A stretch of 24,000 nt of DNA from Haliea sp. E1-2-M8 (GTDB taxonomy: Bacteria > Pseudomonadota > Gammaproteobacteria > Pseudomonadales > Halieaceae). The DNA is taken from contig NZ_JAUTDR010000012.1 in assembly GCF_030649675.1 (NCBI RefSeq), positions 140,041 to 164,040 on the forward strand. The letters run 5' to 3'. Numbering within the stretch: position 1 is the stretch's first letter; every line of letters begins with the position of its first letter. The position numbers and the translations under genes were made by a program. Under the pieces are notes generated by a model, which saw nothing but the letters and a program-made list of their open reading frames with translations, ran no database searches and was not told the origin of the DNA. Positions 1 to 10,047 of this stretch are shown here, piece by piece.

Positions 1-2
1 GC

Positions 3-599
3 GCGGCACTCATCCGGCCCGCAGCCGCGGCCGGACTCTGGGCGGCGGTGGCACTGGTGCTGGTGCTTGGCTGGCATCTCTGGCGCCGCGGTCCGCGCGG
101 CACGCTGGTGGTTGCCGGGCTGTGGGCGCTGCTGATTCCCTGGCTGGCGCTGGACTACCTCTGGCAGGTACAGCTGGAGCGGCAATTGCAGGAGACCCGC
201 GCCCAATTCGGCGCCCTGAGCCAGGCGGAAAAACACGAACGCGCGATCGACGCCGACCTGCAGCGCTATGCGCTACACCTGCAGCAGATCCTGCAGCCCC
301 TGCGCCACCAGCGCCTGTTCCTGCTGCACGAGGCGAACCAGGGGCACAACTTCACCCGCCTGCGCCTGCAGTTCAGGCTGCTGCCGCTGAACATCTACAA
401 CTACGGCAATACCCTGGTGGCCCCGGAGCATCTGCGCCCCAGTGACCTGGTGCTGCTGCTCAAACCCGTAGCCGGAGTACGCTACGACCCGGCCCGCGGG
501 CTGCTCGACGACGGTGCGCAGCAGGTGGCGGCCACCCTGCTGGACACGCACCCGCTCGGCAGCCTGTATCGCATTGCGGAGCCCGGCCATGCGCAGTAA
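3..599 (+). CDS. Hypothetical membrane-anchored protein, 5'-partial (reading frame is open to the window edge)
   Basis: The frame of ORF 48..599 has no stop back to nt 3, so the gene probably starts upstream of the window. It has a hydrophobic N-terminal stretch (LVLVLGWHLW...LWALLIPWLAL) followed by a soluble region. It lies 18 nt upstream of the next gene on the same strand in the polysaccharide cluster. I recognise no family. Confidence 0.45.
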   Translation, partial: AALIRPAAAAGLWAAVALVLVLGWHLWRRGPRGTLVVAGLWALLIPWLALDYLWQVQLERQLQETRAQFGALSQAEKHERAIDADLQRYALHLQQILQPLRHQRLFLLHEANQGHNFTRLRLQFRLLPLNIYNYGNTLVAPEHLRPSDLVLLLKPVAGVRYDPARGLLDDGAQQVAATLLDTHPLGSLYRIAEPGHAQ

Positions 600-617
600 A
601 CCGCGGAGGCGCCGCTA

Positions 618-2048
618 ATGCCCCTGCTCGAAGGCCTGCACCCCGTGGGGCTGGCGCTGGCCACCCTGCTGCCCTGGCTGGCGGGCTGCGGTGCGGTCCG
701 TTGCTGGCTGGGGCCAGTGCCGACCACCCTGCTGCTGGGCCACGGCTATCTGCTCGGGCAATTGCTCGCGGTGCTGTTATTGCTGACCTGGGACGCGCTG
801 GGCTTCACCCTTGCCTGGTGGCCGCTGGCCACTGCCCTGGCAGCGTTCGGCGCTGGCCTGTGGGCGCTCAGCCTGCGGCGCCACCCTGCCCACTGGCGCC
901 CCACTGTCTGTTTAAGTCCCGCGGACCTGCTGTGGCTGCTGCCCCTGGCCTGGTTCCTCTGGAGCCGGGGTTCGGTGCTGGTGGCAGAGCTGGCGCTGCG
1001 CCCGCTGTTTGCCTGGGATGCGTGGATGAACTGGGTGCCGCGGGCGGTGGTCTGGTTCGAACACGGCAGCCTGACCGAGTTTGTCCTGCCCCCGGCCTGG
1101 CTGGCGGCCGCGCCCGGCAGCGAACTCTATACCCTGGGCAACTGGCGGGCGGGTGCCTATCCGCCGGGCGTGCCGCTGCTGCTGCTGTGGCAGATGCTGG
1201 GCGCCGGGACCTTCGACCACACCCTGCTGTACCTGCCCTGGCTGCTGCTGGCCGCTGCCTGCGCGCTGGCGCTGTGGGGCCACCTGCGGCTGGTCGGCCT
1301 GGGGCGGGTGCCCACGGCCATCGCAGTCTACCTTTTGTTGAGCATGCCCCTGCTGACTACCCATGCGGTGCTGCCCGGATATGCGGACCTCTGGCTGGGG
1401 GTGTGCTTCACCCTGGGGGCGATGGCGCTGGCCCAGTGGCAGCACAGCGGCGAGCGGCGCTACGCGGGTCTGGCCCTGGCGCTGGCGCTGTTCTGTACCC
1501 TGCTGAAGACACCCGGTACGGGGTTTGCCCTGCTGCTGGTGTTGGCTACGCTGCTGTTCTGGTGGCGGCCCCCCGCGGCCTGGGTGCGTGCGACTGTGCT
1601 GGGCGGGCTGCTGCTGTTGCTGGCGGGCCTGCTGGCGGGGTTGAACCCGGAGCTGGTGCGCTATCTGCAGGAGCAGCCGGTGCTGGCGCTGCCCGGGCAC
1701 CTGCCGGCGCTGAAACTGCAGCTCAGCCCCCTGCTCCCCTACCTGGGGCAGACATTTTTCGTCTACGACAACTGGCACCTGCTGGGTGTGCTGCTCCTCG
1801 CCGCCCTGCTGGCGCGGGTGCTTGCCTGCGGCCCCGCCAGCCTCAACAGCATCGCCCTGCTGTTGCTGACCGGCGGCGCGGTCGTACTGGCGCTGGTCTT
1901 CGGCTTCACCCAGTACGGCCAGCGCCTGGAACAGGGCATCACCTTCCACCGCAGCTTCCTCTACCTGACGCCGCTGGCGGTATTTGTCGCCTTCGCCTGC
2001 CTGCAGCCGCTGCTGCCCCGGGCCGCCGCTGGCAGGGCACAGGAATGA
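618..2048 (+). CDS. Polytopic inner-membrane protein of the polysaccharide cluster (candidate Wzy-type polymerase or GT-C-like glycosyltransferase; family not resolved)
   Basis: 476-aa ORF that is Leu/Ala/Trp-rich with many hydrophobic segments throughout. GGAGG at 605-609 lies 8 nt before the ATG at 618. Its stop overlaps the next gene's start (ATGA at 2045-2048). Function is inferred from context only. Confidence 0.6.
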   Translation: MPLLEGLHPVGLALATLLPWLAGCGAVRCWLGPVPTTLLLGHGYLLGQLLAVLLLLTWDALGFTLAWWPLATALAAFGAGLWALSLRRHPAHWRPTVCLSPADLLWLLPLAWFLWSRGSVLVAELALRPLFAWDAWMNWVPRAVVWFEHGSLTEFVLPPAWLAAAPGSELYTLGNWRAGAYPPGVPLLLLWQMLGAGTFDHTLLYLPWLLLAAACALALWGHLRLVGLGRVPTAIAVYLLLSMPLLTTHAVLPGYADLWLGVCFTLGAMALAQWQHSGERRYAGLALALALFCTLLKTPGTGFALLLVLATLLFWWRPPAAWVRATVLGGLLLLLAGLLAGLNPELVRYLQEQPVLALPGHLPALKLQLSPLLPYLGQTFFVYDNWHLLGVLLLAALLARVLACGPASLNSIALLLLTGGAVVLALVFGFTQYGQRLEQGITFHRSFLYLTPLAVFVAFACLQPLLPRAAAGRAQE

Positions 2049-3424
2049 GTGCGCAGCGCCAGCCCAATCCCGAGCTGGGCCGCTTTGGCCCCCTGCTCGA
2101 TGCCGCGGCGATACTGCTGGCTGGCTATGGCTCCTGGTGGCTGCGCTGGTCGCGCCCGGAAGTTGCCTCACACTATCTGCTGGCGCTGCTGTTTGGCCTG
2201 TGTCTGGCGCTGGTGCTGCTGCCCGCGGCCCGCGCCTACCGCACGCCACTCTGGTGGCACCCGCTGCGCGGCGTGCTGGCGGCGGCACCGGGGCTGGTGG
2301 CACTGTTCGGGGCACTGATGCTGATCGCCACCCTGACCAAGACCAGCGCCGATTTTTCCCGCCTGTGGATGGCCGGCTGGGTGCTGCTCAGCCTGCCGCT
2401 GATGAGCGGCTGGCGCTTCCTGCTGGGCCACTTCGGCCGTGCCTCGGGGCGGCGGGTGCTGCTGCTGGGCAGCGGCGCGCTGGCGCGGGAGACTGCCCAA
2501 CAGCTCAGCTTGAGTGGTGGACCGGCGGCAGTGGCCGGCTGTGTGCGTCTGCCCGGAGAGGCGCCCTCCAGATCGCCCGTGCTGCACTGCCTGGGCACCC
2601 TGGCGGAGCTGGAGGCAATCCTGGCGGCGGCGGAGCCCGCGGTAACCGAACTCTGGCTGGCGCCGGACCAGCCCCCGGGGCGCGATGATGACGCCCTGCT
2701 CACCCGGCTGCGGCTCTACAGCCTGCCGGTGTGCTATGTGCCGGACCTGAGCATGCTGAACCTGCTCAACCAGCGCGCCAGTGAGGTAGACGGCGTTACC
2801 GTTATTGCGCTCAACGCCACGCCGCTGGACGGCCCCGACGCCTGGCTCAAGAGTCTTATGGATATCTCCCTGGCGCTATTGCTGCTGCTCCTGCTGGCGC
2901 CCCTGCTGCTGCTGGTCGCCCTGCTGGTGCGCCTCGACAGCCCCGGGCCGGTGCTGTATCGGCAGCTGCGCCATGGCAGCGGCGGCCAGCTGATCGAGGT
3001 GCTGAAGTTCCGCACCATGAGCGACGGCGCGCCGAGCGATTCCTTCAGCCAGGCCCGCCGCGATGACTCGCGGGTAACCCGCAGCGGGCGGTTCCTGCGC
3101 CGCAGTAGCCTGGATGAACTGCCACAACTGCTGAACGTGCTGCGCGGGGACATGTCCCTGGTGGGGCCGCGGCCGCACCCGGTGGCGCTGAACGAGGAAT
3201 ACGCGGCCAAGCTGGCCGCCTACATGCAGCGGCACCGGGTCAAACCCGGCATTACCGGCTGGGCCCAGATCAACGGCTACCGCGGGGAAACCGACACCCT
3301 GGAAAAAATGCAAAAACGCCTGCAGCATGATCTCTACTACATCGAGCACTGGTCCCCGGGGCTGGACCTGCAGATTCTCGCCAAAACGGCCCTGCTGGGC
3401 TGGACCGGTGCCAATGCCTACTGA
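2045..3424 (+). CDS. Polyprenyl-phosphate sugar-phosphate transferase (bacterial sugar transferase family, WbaP/WcaJ-type initiating enzyme of EPS/O-antigen synthesis)
   Basis: This is the C-terminal 459 codons of the 907-aa ORF 701..3424. The in-frame ATG at 2045 overlaps the upstream stop. There are N-terminal TM segments and then hallmark motifs: SPGPVLYRQ.RHG, KFRTM, DELPQLLNVLRGDMSLVGPRP, KPGITGWAQING. Confidence 0.88.
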   Translation: MSAQRQPNPELGRFGPLLDAAAILLAGYGSWWLRWSRPEVASHYLLALLFGLCLALVLLPAARAYRTPLWWHPLRGVLAAAPGLVALFGALMLIATLTKTSADFSRLWMAGWVLLSLPLMSGWRFLLGHFGRASGRRVLLLGSGALARETAQQLSLSGGPAAVAGCVRLPGEAPSRSPVLHCLGTLAELEAILAAAEPAVTELWLAPDQPPGRDDDALLTRLRLYSLPVCYVPDLSMLNLLNQRASEVDGVTVIALNATPLDGPDAWLKSLMDISLALLLLLLLAPLLLLVALLVRLDSPGPVLYRQLRHGSGGQLIEVLKFRTMSDGAPSDSFSQARRDDSRVTRSGRFLRRSSLDELPQLLNVLRGDMSLVGPRPHPVALNEEYAAKLAAYMQRHRVKPGITGWAQINGYRGETDTLEKMQKRLQHDLYYIEHWSPGLDLQILAKTALLGWTGANAY

Positions 3425-4406
3425 GCCGCTATCTCCCGAGCCCCTGGTTGATGAACCCTTAACTGGTGAGCCACTACCTGCTGAGCCACGGGCCGCTGCA
3501 GCCAGGCGCCCGAACCTGTTCCTGGTGGGCGCGCAGAAAAGCGCCACCACCACCCTGGCGGTGATGCTGGCCAGCCACCCCGAGGTCGCCATGGCGACGC
3601 CCAAGGAGCCGGGCTTTCTGGCCTTTGGCGAGCAGGGCTATACCTGCCGCGATGGCCACGGCGCAGCCACTGCGGCCAGCGGCTGGGTGCTGCGTTCCGA
3701 GCGGGACTACCTGGCCCTGTGGCAGGGAGCGCCGGCCCGGGCCCGGGTGCTGGGGGAAGCCAGCACCTGGTATTTGTCCGAGCCGGGCTGTGCGGAAAAG
3801 CTGCAGGCCTTCAACTCCGACGCCCGGATTGTGATGCTCCTGCGCCAGCCTGCGGACCGCGCCTATTCCGCCTGGTGCCACGCCCTGCGCGATAAAGAGG
3901 AGCCCTGCGCCCGGTTCGAGGATGCGCTGGCCGCAGAGGCAGAGCGGGTGCAGCCCTCGCACCTGCTGCGCTACCGGGAGCTGGGGCACTATGCCCGCTA
4001 TCTGCGCCGCTACCGGCAGGTGTTTGGGCCCGAGCGGGTGCTGGTGCTGTTCTACGAGGACCTGCTCCACCAGCCCGAGACACTGTGGCGCCAGTGCTGC
4101 GAGTTTTTGCAGATCAGCCACACACAGGCACCGGCAGCGCACCGGCAGAATCGCTCCGGCATGCCGCGCAGCCAGCTGCTGCACAAGCTGCTGCGCTCGG
4201 AGCGATTCAAGCGCCGCGTCAAGCAGCTACTGCCGCTGTCGTTTGTGGCCCGGGTCAAGGGGCAGCTGGATGCGGTGAACCTGGCGTGGCTGCCGCCGAT
4301 TCCGCCAGAAACCCGCCGCCAACTGACCCGGGAATTCGCCGCGGAAATCCGCGAACTCGAACGCCTGACCGGGCGCGATCTGCAGCACTGGCTGGGCGAT
4401 GCCTGA
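3414..4406 (+). CDS. PAPS-dependent sulfotransferase family protein
   Basis: A 5'-PSB-like loop (LFLVGAQKSATTTL) and a 3'-PB-like motif (LLRQPADRAYSAW) are present. The internal ATG at 3414 is preferred over 3327 because upstream codons overlap the preceding gene in another frame. The N-terminus carries an (EPLxx)x4 repeat linker. Confidence 0.8.
   Translation: MPTEPLSPEPLVDEPLTGEPLPAEPRAAAARRPNLFLVGAQKSATTTLAVMLASHPEVAMATPKEPGFLAFGEQGYTCRDGHGAATAASGWVLRSERDYLALWQGAPARARVLGEASTWYLSEPGCAEKLQAFNSDARIVMLLRQPADRAYSAWCHALRDKEEPCARFEDALAAEAERVQPSHLLRYRELGHYARYLRRYRQVFGPERVLVLFYEDLLHQPETLWRQCCEFLQISHTQAPAAHRQNRSGMPRSQLLHKLLRSERFKRRVKQLLPLSFVARVKGQLDAVNLAWLPPIPPETRRQLTREFAAEIRELERLTGRDLQHWLGDA
3424..3492 (+). 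repeat. 15-bp tandem repeat (about 4.6 diverged units, GAGCCnCTnnnnnnn) encoding an EPLxx pentapeptide repeat at the sulfotransferase N-terminus
   Basis: Units read directly: gagccgctatctccc / gagcccctggttgat / gaacccttaactggt / gagccactacctgct / gagccacgg. The translation is EPLSP EPLVD EPLTG EPLPA EP. Confidence 0.8.
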
Positions 4407-5202
4407 ATTACGCATGCTGGACAGCGCCCTCGCCGGCCCGGCCCTGCGCCGGTTCGCCGGCTGCGCGCTGCAGCCGCAGAGCCTGCAGGCGCTGCTGCAG
4501 AAGCTGTTGCCGCGGCTGACTGCGGGCGCTGCACCCCTGCTGGTGGGCCACCACAACCTGTACAGCCTGTATCTGCAGCAGCGGGACCCGGAGGTGGCGG
4601 CGTTTTACCGGCAGTGCGACAGCTGCTATGTGGATGGGGTGCCGGTGCTGTGGCTGCTGCGTGCGGCCGGCATCGACATACGCGGGGCGCAGCGCTTCTC
4701 GTTCATGGATTGCCTGCCGGAACTGCTGGACTTCGCCCAGACCGGGAAACTGCGGGTGTTTTACCTGGGTTCGGAAGACGCCGCCATCGAGCGCGCGCAG
4801 GGCTGGGTGGCGAAGGGCTGGCCGCAGCTGGAGATCGCCTGGCAGCACGGCTACAGCAAGGACGAGGCCGCGGTGGTGGCCGCGATCAATGCCTTCAGGC
4901 CGCAGCTGCTGCTGGTGGGCATGGGCATGCCGAAGCAGGAACAGTGGATCCTGCGCCACCGGGCGCAGCTACAGGCCGGCGCCATTTTCCAGGCCGGCGG
5001 TACCCTGGACTACTACACCGGTTTGCAGGCGCAGCCGCCCGCGGGCCTGAGCCGGCTGGGGCTGGCCTGGCTGTACCGCTTGCTGCACGACCCGAAACGG
5101 CTCTGGCGGCGCTATCTGCTGACACCCTGGGCGCTGCTACGCCCGACCCTGCGCCTGCGGCGGGAACTGCGTGCGGAACGGCGGCTACAGCGCGCAGCGT
5201 AG
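4399..5202 (+). CDS. WecB/TagA/CpsF-family glycosyltransferase (GT26)
   Basis: Family signature LLLVGMGMPKQEQWI ... AGAIFQAGGTLDYYTG is present. The ATG at 4399 overlaps the sulfotransferase stop by 8 nt. An alternative in-frame ATG exists at 4414. Confidence 0.85.
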   Translation: MPELRMLDSALAGPALRRFAGCALQPQSLQALLQKLLPRLTAGAAPLLVGHHNLYSLYLQQRDPEVAAFYRQCDSCYVDGVPVLWLLRAAGIDIRGAQRFSFMDCLPELLDFAQTGKLRVFYLGSEDAAIERAQGWVAKGWPQLEIAWQHGYSKDEAAVVAAINAFRPQLLLVGMGMPKQEQWILRHRAQLQAGAIFQAGGTLDYYTGLQAQPPAGLSRLGLAWLYRLLHDPKRLWRRYLLTPWALLRPTLRLRRELRAERRLQRAA

Positions 5203-6177
5203 CGCACGCAGCAGTGCGCCGGCCTTGCCCAGCAGCGAGCCCCGTGCCATGACGATGGCCCGGCCGTAATTGCGCACCATGGTCAGGCGGCGGCGCAACC
5301 GGAGCGGGCGACTGCGCTGACCCATCTCCGCCACCACCTCGGCCAGCTCGGGGCGGCGCTGCAAGCCTAGCGCCGTGCGGGCGAGCCGGACAATCTGCCG
5401 GCTGCGTTGCCAGCGCAGGTACAGCCGCCCCGGCCTGCCGATGCTGGCAAAGGCGTTGCTGCGGTGAATGCGGTAGAAAAATCCGGGCGTTGCCGAATGG
5501 TACTTGCGGCACCCCGCCACCGAGGAAGCGCGGACGATAATGCCATCCCCGGACAGGCGCGCCGCGGTGTGCGAGTGCCGGGGAATACCCAGCCAGCGGG
5601 CGATGCGGGTGCTCACAGGCATCTGGTCGGGGAGGTTTTCACGCACGGCCAGAAGGCGCCGGGCCAGGCTGCGCCGCAGTGCCAACCCAGAGGTCGGGGC
5701 GCCGACATATTCACCGCCTGACACGGTACTCCAGCGGGACGTGCCGGTGGGACCTTCCGGCAAGGCCATGTCGGCGAGCATGCGCCTTATCCCGCGGACA
5801 CTGGCTGAGGATTCGCCCCCAACCTGCGCTGCACAGAAGAACAGCTCGATGTCGGGCCAGGCCCCGGCGAGCGCGCGCAGGCGCTGCAGATAGCCGGGCA
5901 GAAAGTAGTCGTCGCTGTCGAGCAACAGGCAGAGATCACCGCGGGCGGCCTCCAGGCCATTGCACAGGGCCGCGAGCTGGCCCTGGTTGGCCTGCTGCAA
6001 AACTGTTACCTGTGGCAGGCGTGCGTACGCGGCGAGAATCTCCGGCGAGGCATCAGTGGAGCCGTCGTCGACAACAATCAGCTCATCATCCGGCGCCAGT
6101 TGCGGCAGCACTGAATCAAGTGCTTCGCGCAGGTAGCGCGCATAGTTGAAGTTGTCCACTACCACCGACAGACGCAC
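5185..6177 (-). CDS. Family 2 glycosyltransferase
   Basis: N-terminal GT-A signature: LSVVVDNFNYARYLREALDSVLPQ...DELIVVDDGSTDAS ... LLDSDDY (DxD). The GTG at 6177 is preceded by GAGGA (spacing about 5 nt) that overlaps the upstream stop. The longer ORF start at 6282 would overlap the flippase gene. Confidence 0.8.
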   Translation of the reverse strand: MRLSVVVDNFNYARYLREALDSVLPQLAPDDELIVVDDGSTDASPEILAAYARLPQVTVLQQANQGQLAALCNGLEAARGDLCLLLDSDDYFLPGYLQRLRALAGAWPDIELFFCAAQVGGESSASVRGIRRMLADMALPEGPTGTSRWSTVSGGEYVGAPTSGLALRRSLARRLLAVRENLPDQMPVSTRIARWLGIPRHSHTAARLSGDGIIVRASSVAGCRKYHSATPGFFYRIHRSNAFASIGRPGRLYLRWQRSRQIVRLARTALGLQRRPELAEVVAEMGQRSRPLRLRRRLTMVRNYGRAIVMARGSLLGKAGALLRALRCAL

Positions 6178-6184
6178 GGTATCC

Positions 6185-7560
6185 TCAAAAAACAGTAGTA
6201 CGTAAATGGTACTGGCGGCGCACCAGCCACCAGCAACCGGTGGCGAGCAGCAGGCTGCTGGCGATACTGGCCAGCGCCGCACCCAGGGCGCCCAGCACGG
6301 GTATCAACACCGCCAGCACCAGCAGATGCAGCGCCGCCGCCAGCACGGTGAGCCGCATTACCTGCTGCTGGTGGCCACTCATCACCAGCACCTGCTGGCA
6401 GTGCCCGAACAGCACGGCGCACAACTGCGCCAGCAACAGTGCCACCAGCACCGGCAACGCCGCGGCAAATTCGCCCCCAAACAAAGCCAGCAACCAGGGG
6501 CCGGCGGTAAATAGCAGCGCGGCCGCGACTACGCTCGGCCACAGGCTCACATGCGCAGCCTGAGTCACCACGCGCTGGAGGCGCGCCCGATCGCCCTCGG
6601 CGTGGGCGCTGGCCAGCCAGGGCTGGATCACCGCGGAGGTGACCGCGCCCGGCATGCCCGCCAACTGCGCCAGGCGGTCGGCGACAAAAAAACTGGCGGC
6701 GGCCAGCGGCCCGCCGATCAGGCCCAGCAGCAGGGTGTTGCCGTAGGTCATGACAATGTCGGCGACCCGGGTAGCGAACACCGGCATGGACTGGCGCAGC
6801 AGGTCCGCGGCCCCCGGGGTGGTGTCGCGGTTGTCCCCAGTAGTGTCAGCAGTGATGGCTGGGTCAACCGCAGGCTCAGTGCTGCCCGCCGCCGCGCTGA
6901 CAAGCGGCGGCCGCGCGCCCTCCCAGAGCAACTGCGCCAGCAATACCAGCAGCAGGCTGAGCGCGAGTGCAGTCAGAATGTCCAGCGCTGTCAGCGGCCG
7001 TTGGACCAGCAGGAATGCGCCCAGGGCCAGCAGGCCGGTAAGCAACGGGCGCAGCACCTGTATCGGGACGAACGCGGAGAACAGCCGCGACGCCGCCCGC
7101 GCCAAAGCCTGGCGCAACAGAATCAGGGCGAGCAGCGGGGATGCCAGCAGGGCCAGGCTGACGACCGCGCGCGGCAGCTCCGTAAACAGCGCTGCCGGCA
7201 GGCTCCAGACGATCAGCAGCCCTGCCCCGGCACCGGCGCAGCTGATCACAATGACGCAGCCGTGCGCGTTTCTGCTCAATTGGCGCAGAGCGGTGTAGTC
7301 CCCTCGGTGGACATGCACCGCGGCGAGCCGGCTGGCCATCATCGGAATGCCCAGCGCAAACAGCGTGCCGAGCAGGAACAGCAGGTTCTGGCCCCAGGCA
7401 TACACGCCGTAGGTAGTGGCGTCCGCCGCCAGGCGCGCCAGCAGAATCTGCAGCAGGAATACCACCGCCAGGCCGACGGCGCGAATGACCGCCGCCACCG
7501 CGCTTGAGCGCAGTACCTCACTGCGCCCCAGAAGGCGCCCTCCCCGCAACAGCCGTGCCT

Positions 7561-7564
<4 letters not shown>
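6185..7564 (-). CDS. Polysaccharide flippase-like membrane protein (MOP/Wzx superfamily)
   Basis: 459 aa with about 12 hydrophobic segments. The N-terminus (...[32 protein letters not shown]) resembles Wzx/polysaccharide biosynthesis proteins. There is an ATGA overlap with the upstream uxs-like gene. The assignment rests on architecture plus context. Confidence 0.6.
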
Positions 7565-8517
<953 letters not shown>

Positions 8518-8609
8518 TGCTACTGCTCCAGCGGTGCAAAAGGTCGCTATTGTGACCGATCAGCGGTGGTGCGTCACTCGCGCGCAACAAGGAGCCGCTT
8601 GAGGCGCGC

Positions 8610-9347
8610 CTATCTCACCAGCGACGCAGCCGCGATGGCGAACAGGGCTGACAACAATGTCCCGATCAACATGTATTCGGCAAATATCGGGTTTTTCAGC
8701 TTGTCAAATCTCACTAATCCCTTGGCGGCGATAATAAAGCCGAGAGCGCTCCAGTCGTCGGCGAGCAAAACCACCATAAGCATCAGCCAGCGCTCCAATA
8801 TGCCGATAACCCGGCCTGCGTTGTACTCCCTTATATCGAGGTCATCTGCGGGAGGCGAAGCAAGACGCGGCACCAGATTCAGGGCACTAAAAATACCCCT
8901 CATGGCAATATTGACTTCGTTGGCCAACACCAGCATCGCCACAAATATCGATGCGATGCGCCCCGCGGCAACAGGCTGGTGATAGCCCAGGGAGGCGATA
9001 ATATCGCTGCAATACCCTGCCATGGATATAGAAACCGTAGAAAGCGAAAAGCCGCCCAACACCGGGTACAGCACGGCAGGAACCAGGGCAACGCTGGCCA
9101 GTACGCCAAGTCGCGCCCAGTGAACTTTCCCTTTGGTTTCCAGCCAGCCCCCCACTACTGAAAAGGCAAGAGCCACGCCCCCAGAAATCCAGGTGAAAAG
9201 ACTTGAACCAAATACGACAAGTATAATTGCAGCCTGCGCAAGACCCAATATACCCGCAAACTTCCAACCAACAGCGTCATCCCTCTGCAGATACACTAGC
9301 CGGGTTGTTAACACGATGCACAGGAAAACCTGATACTCAATTACCAT
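8610..9347 (-). CDS. DUF3307-like multi-pass membrane protein (partner of the SatD-family gene)
   Basis: Multiple hydrophobic segments. The C-terminal block NAGRVIGILERWLMLMVVLL...GFIIAAKGLVRF...AEYMLIGTLLSALFAI matches my recollection of DUF3307. The ATG at 9347 has GAGG 6 nt upstream and is preferred over 9389. It overlaps the satD stop by 11 nt. Confidence 0.55.
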   Translation of the reverse strand: MVIEYQVFLCIVLTTRLVYLQRDDAVGWKFAGILGLAQAAIILVVFGSSLFTWISGGVALAFSVVGGWLETKGKVHWARLGVLASVALVPAVLYPVLGGFSLSTVSISMAGYCSDIIASLGYHQPVAAGRIASIFVAMLVLANEVNIAMRGIFSALNLVPRLASPPADDLDIREYNAGRVIGILERWLMLMVVLLADDWSALGFIIAAKGLVRFDKLKNPIFAEYMLIGTLLSALFAIAAASLVR

Positions 9348-9972
9348 GGTTACCTCGCAAGGCGTCATCCAGACATGTTGATATGGCACTGGAAATGTCG
9401 GCCAGAGTTCCGAGCAGTCCGTCGGCGATGTTTTTGTAGACTGCGGATTTGCTTATTTCAAGCTCGTTGGCGATGTCGCGAACTGGATGACCAGCCAAGT
9501 GCAATCGATACACCTCAAGACGGTTGTGCTGCCATTGCTCTTGCAAGTGAGACACCAGCGCCAATGAGTGATTGGTCAGCTCTCCCTGCGGCAGCCCTTC
9601 AACCCGATATAACCCACCGTGTTGCTTCAATACATCAATCGCATCTCTCGCACGATGGAAGGCAGGGCCATCCATACCCAGCGCCGCCTTCCTGTTGATT
9701 GGCGTATCGATTCGCCCCAAACCTACGCCGAATCGCACCTTGGTGGGAAACAATCGGCTTTGAATGGTGGCGACCATTGCCCACAGGGGTGTCGCTGTGG
9801 TCAACACCGCCTGGAACTCATCACCCAGGGTGATGGTGAGAGGCGATGCCAGCGCTTTTTTGTTGCGAAGATTGAGCTCTGTGAGCACGACCTCCAGCTT
9901 CGTCTGCAATTCGCCCCGTTCCAACACCTCGCGGGAACTGCAGATATCGCCGATCAACGCCAGATAATTCAT
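9337..9972 (-). CDS. SatD-family protein: N-terminal palm/cyclase-like domain plus C-terminal HTH
   Basis: N-terminus YLALIGDICSSRE ... PLTITLGDEFQAVL ... VRFGVGLG ... LGMDGPAFHRARDA fits the SatD family pattern as I recall it. The C-terminal HTH is VRDIANELEISKSAVYKNI. Confidence 0.7.
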   Translation of the reverse strand: MNYLALIGDICSSREVLERGELQTKLEVVLTELNLRNKKALASPLTITLGDEFQAVLTTATPLWAMVATIQSRLFPTKVRFGVGLGRIDTPINRKAALGMDGPAFHRARDAIDVLKQHGGLYRVEGLPQGELTNHSLALVSHLQEQWQHNRLEVYRLHLAGHPVRDIANELEISKSAVYKNIADGLLGTLADISSAISTCLDDALRGNHGN

Positions 9973-9973
9973 G

Positions 9974-10047
9974 TCAACCGTCCTGGTTGAAAATGCTTGA
10001 TTTCAACCATAATGGTTTACTTTCTGATTTTCAACCGAAATGGTTAA
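9974..10047. promoter_or_regulatory. Three copies of a 17-bp palindrome TCAACC-N5-GGTTnA (candidate operator array for the satD operon)
   Basis: Read directly. The copies are 9974-9990 TCAACCgtcctGGTTGA (perfect), 10003-10019 TCAACCataatGGTTTA and 10031-10047 TCAACCgaaatGGTTAA. Centre-to-centre spacing is 29 and 28 bp. The first copy abuts the satD ATG (9970-9972). Confidence 0.45.

Noticed and set aside
701-2044. N-terminal 448 codons of the 907-aa ORF 701..3424
   Set aside because: This portion overlaps the 618..2048 membrane-protein gene in another frame. It is Ala/Gly/Arg/Pro-rich, as expected for an off-frame read of GC-rich DNA. Recognisable sugar-transferase sequence starts only after the in-frame ATG at 2045, which overlaps the upstream stop.
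912-2315. 467-aa antisense ORF. The same applies to other long alternative-frame ORFs: 2876..3604(-), 4895..5512(-), 6551..7507(+), 7606..8982(+), 12469..13722(+), 14705..15319(-).
   Set aside because: All lie opposite or out of frame to genes with clear family signatures. Their Arg/Pro/Gly/Gln-rich, low-complexity composition is typical of stop-poor frames in high-GC DNA, and I see no family resemblance.
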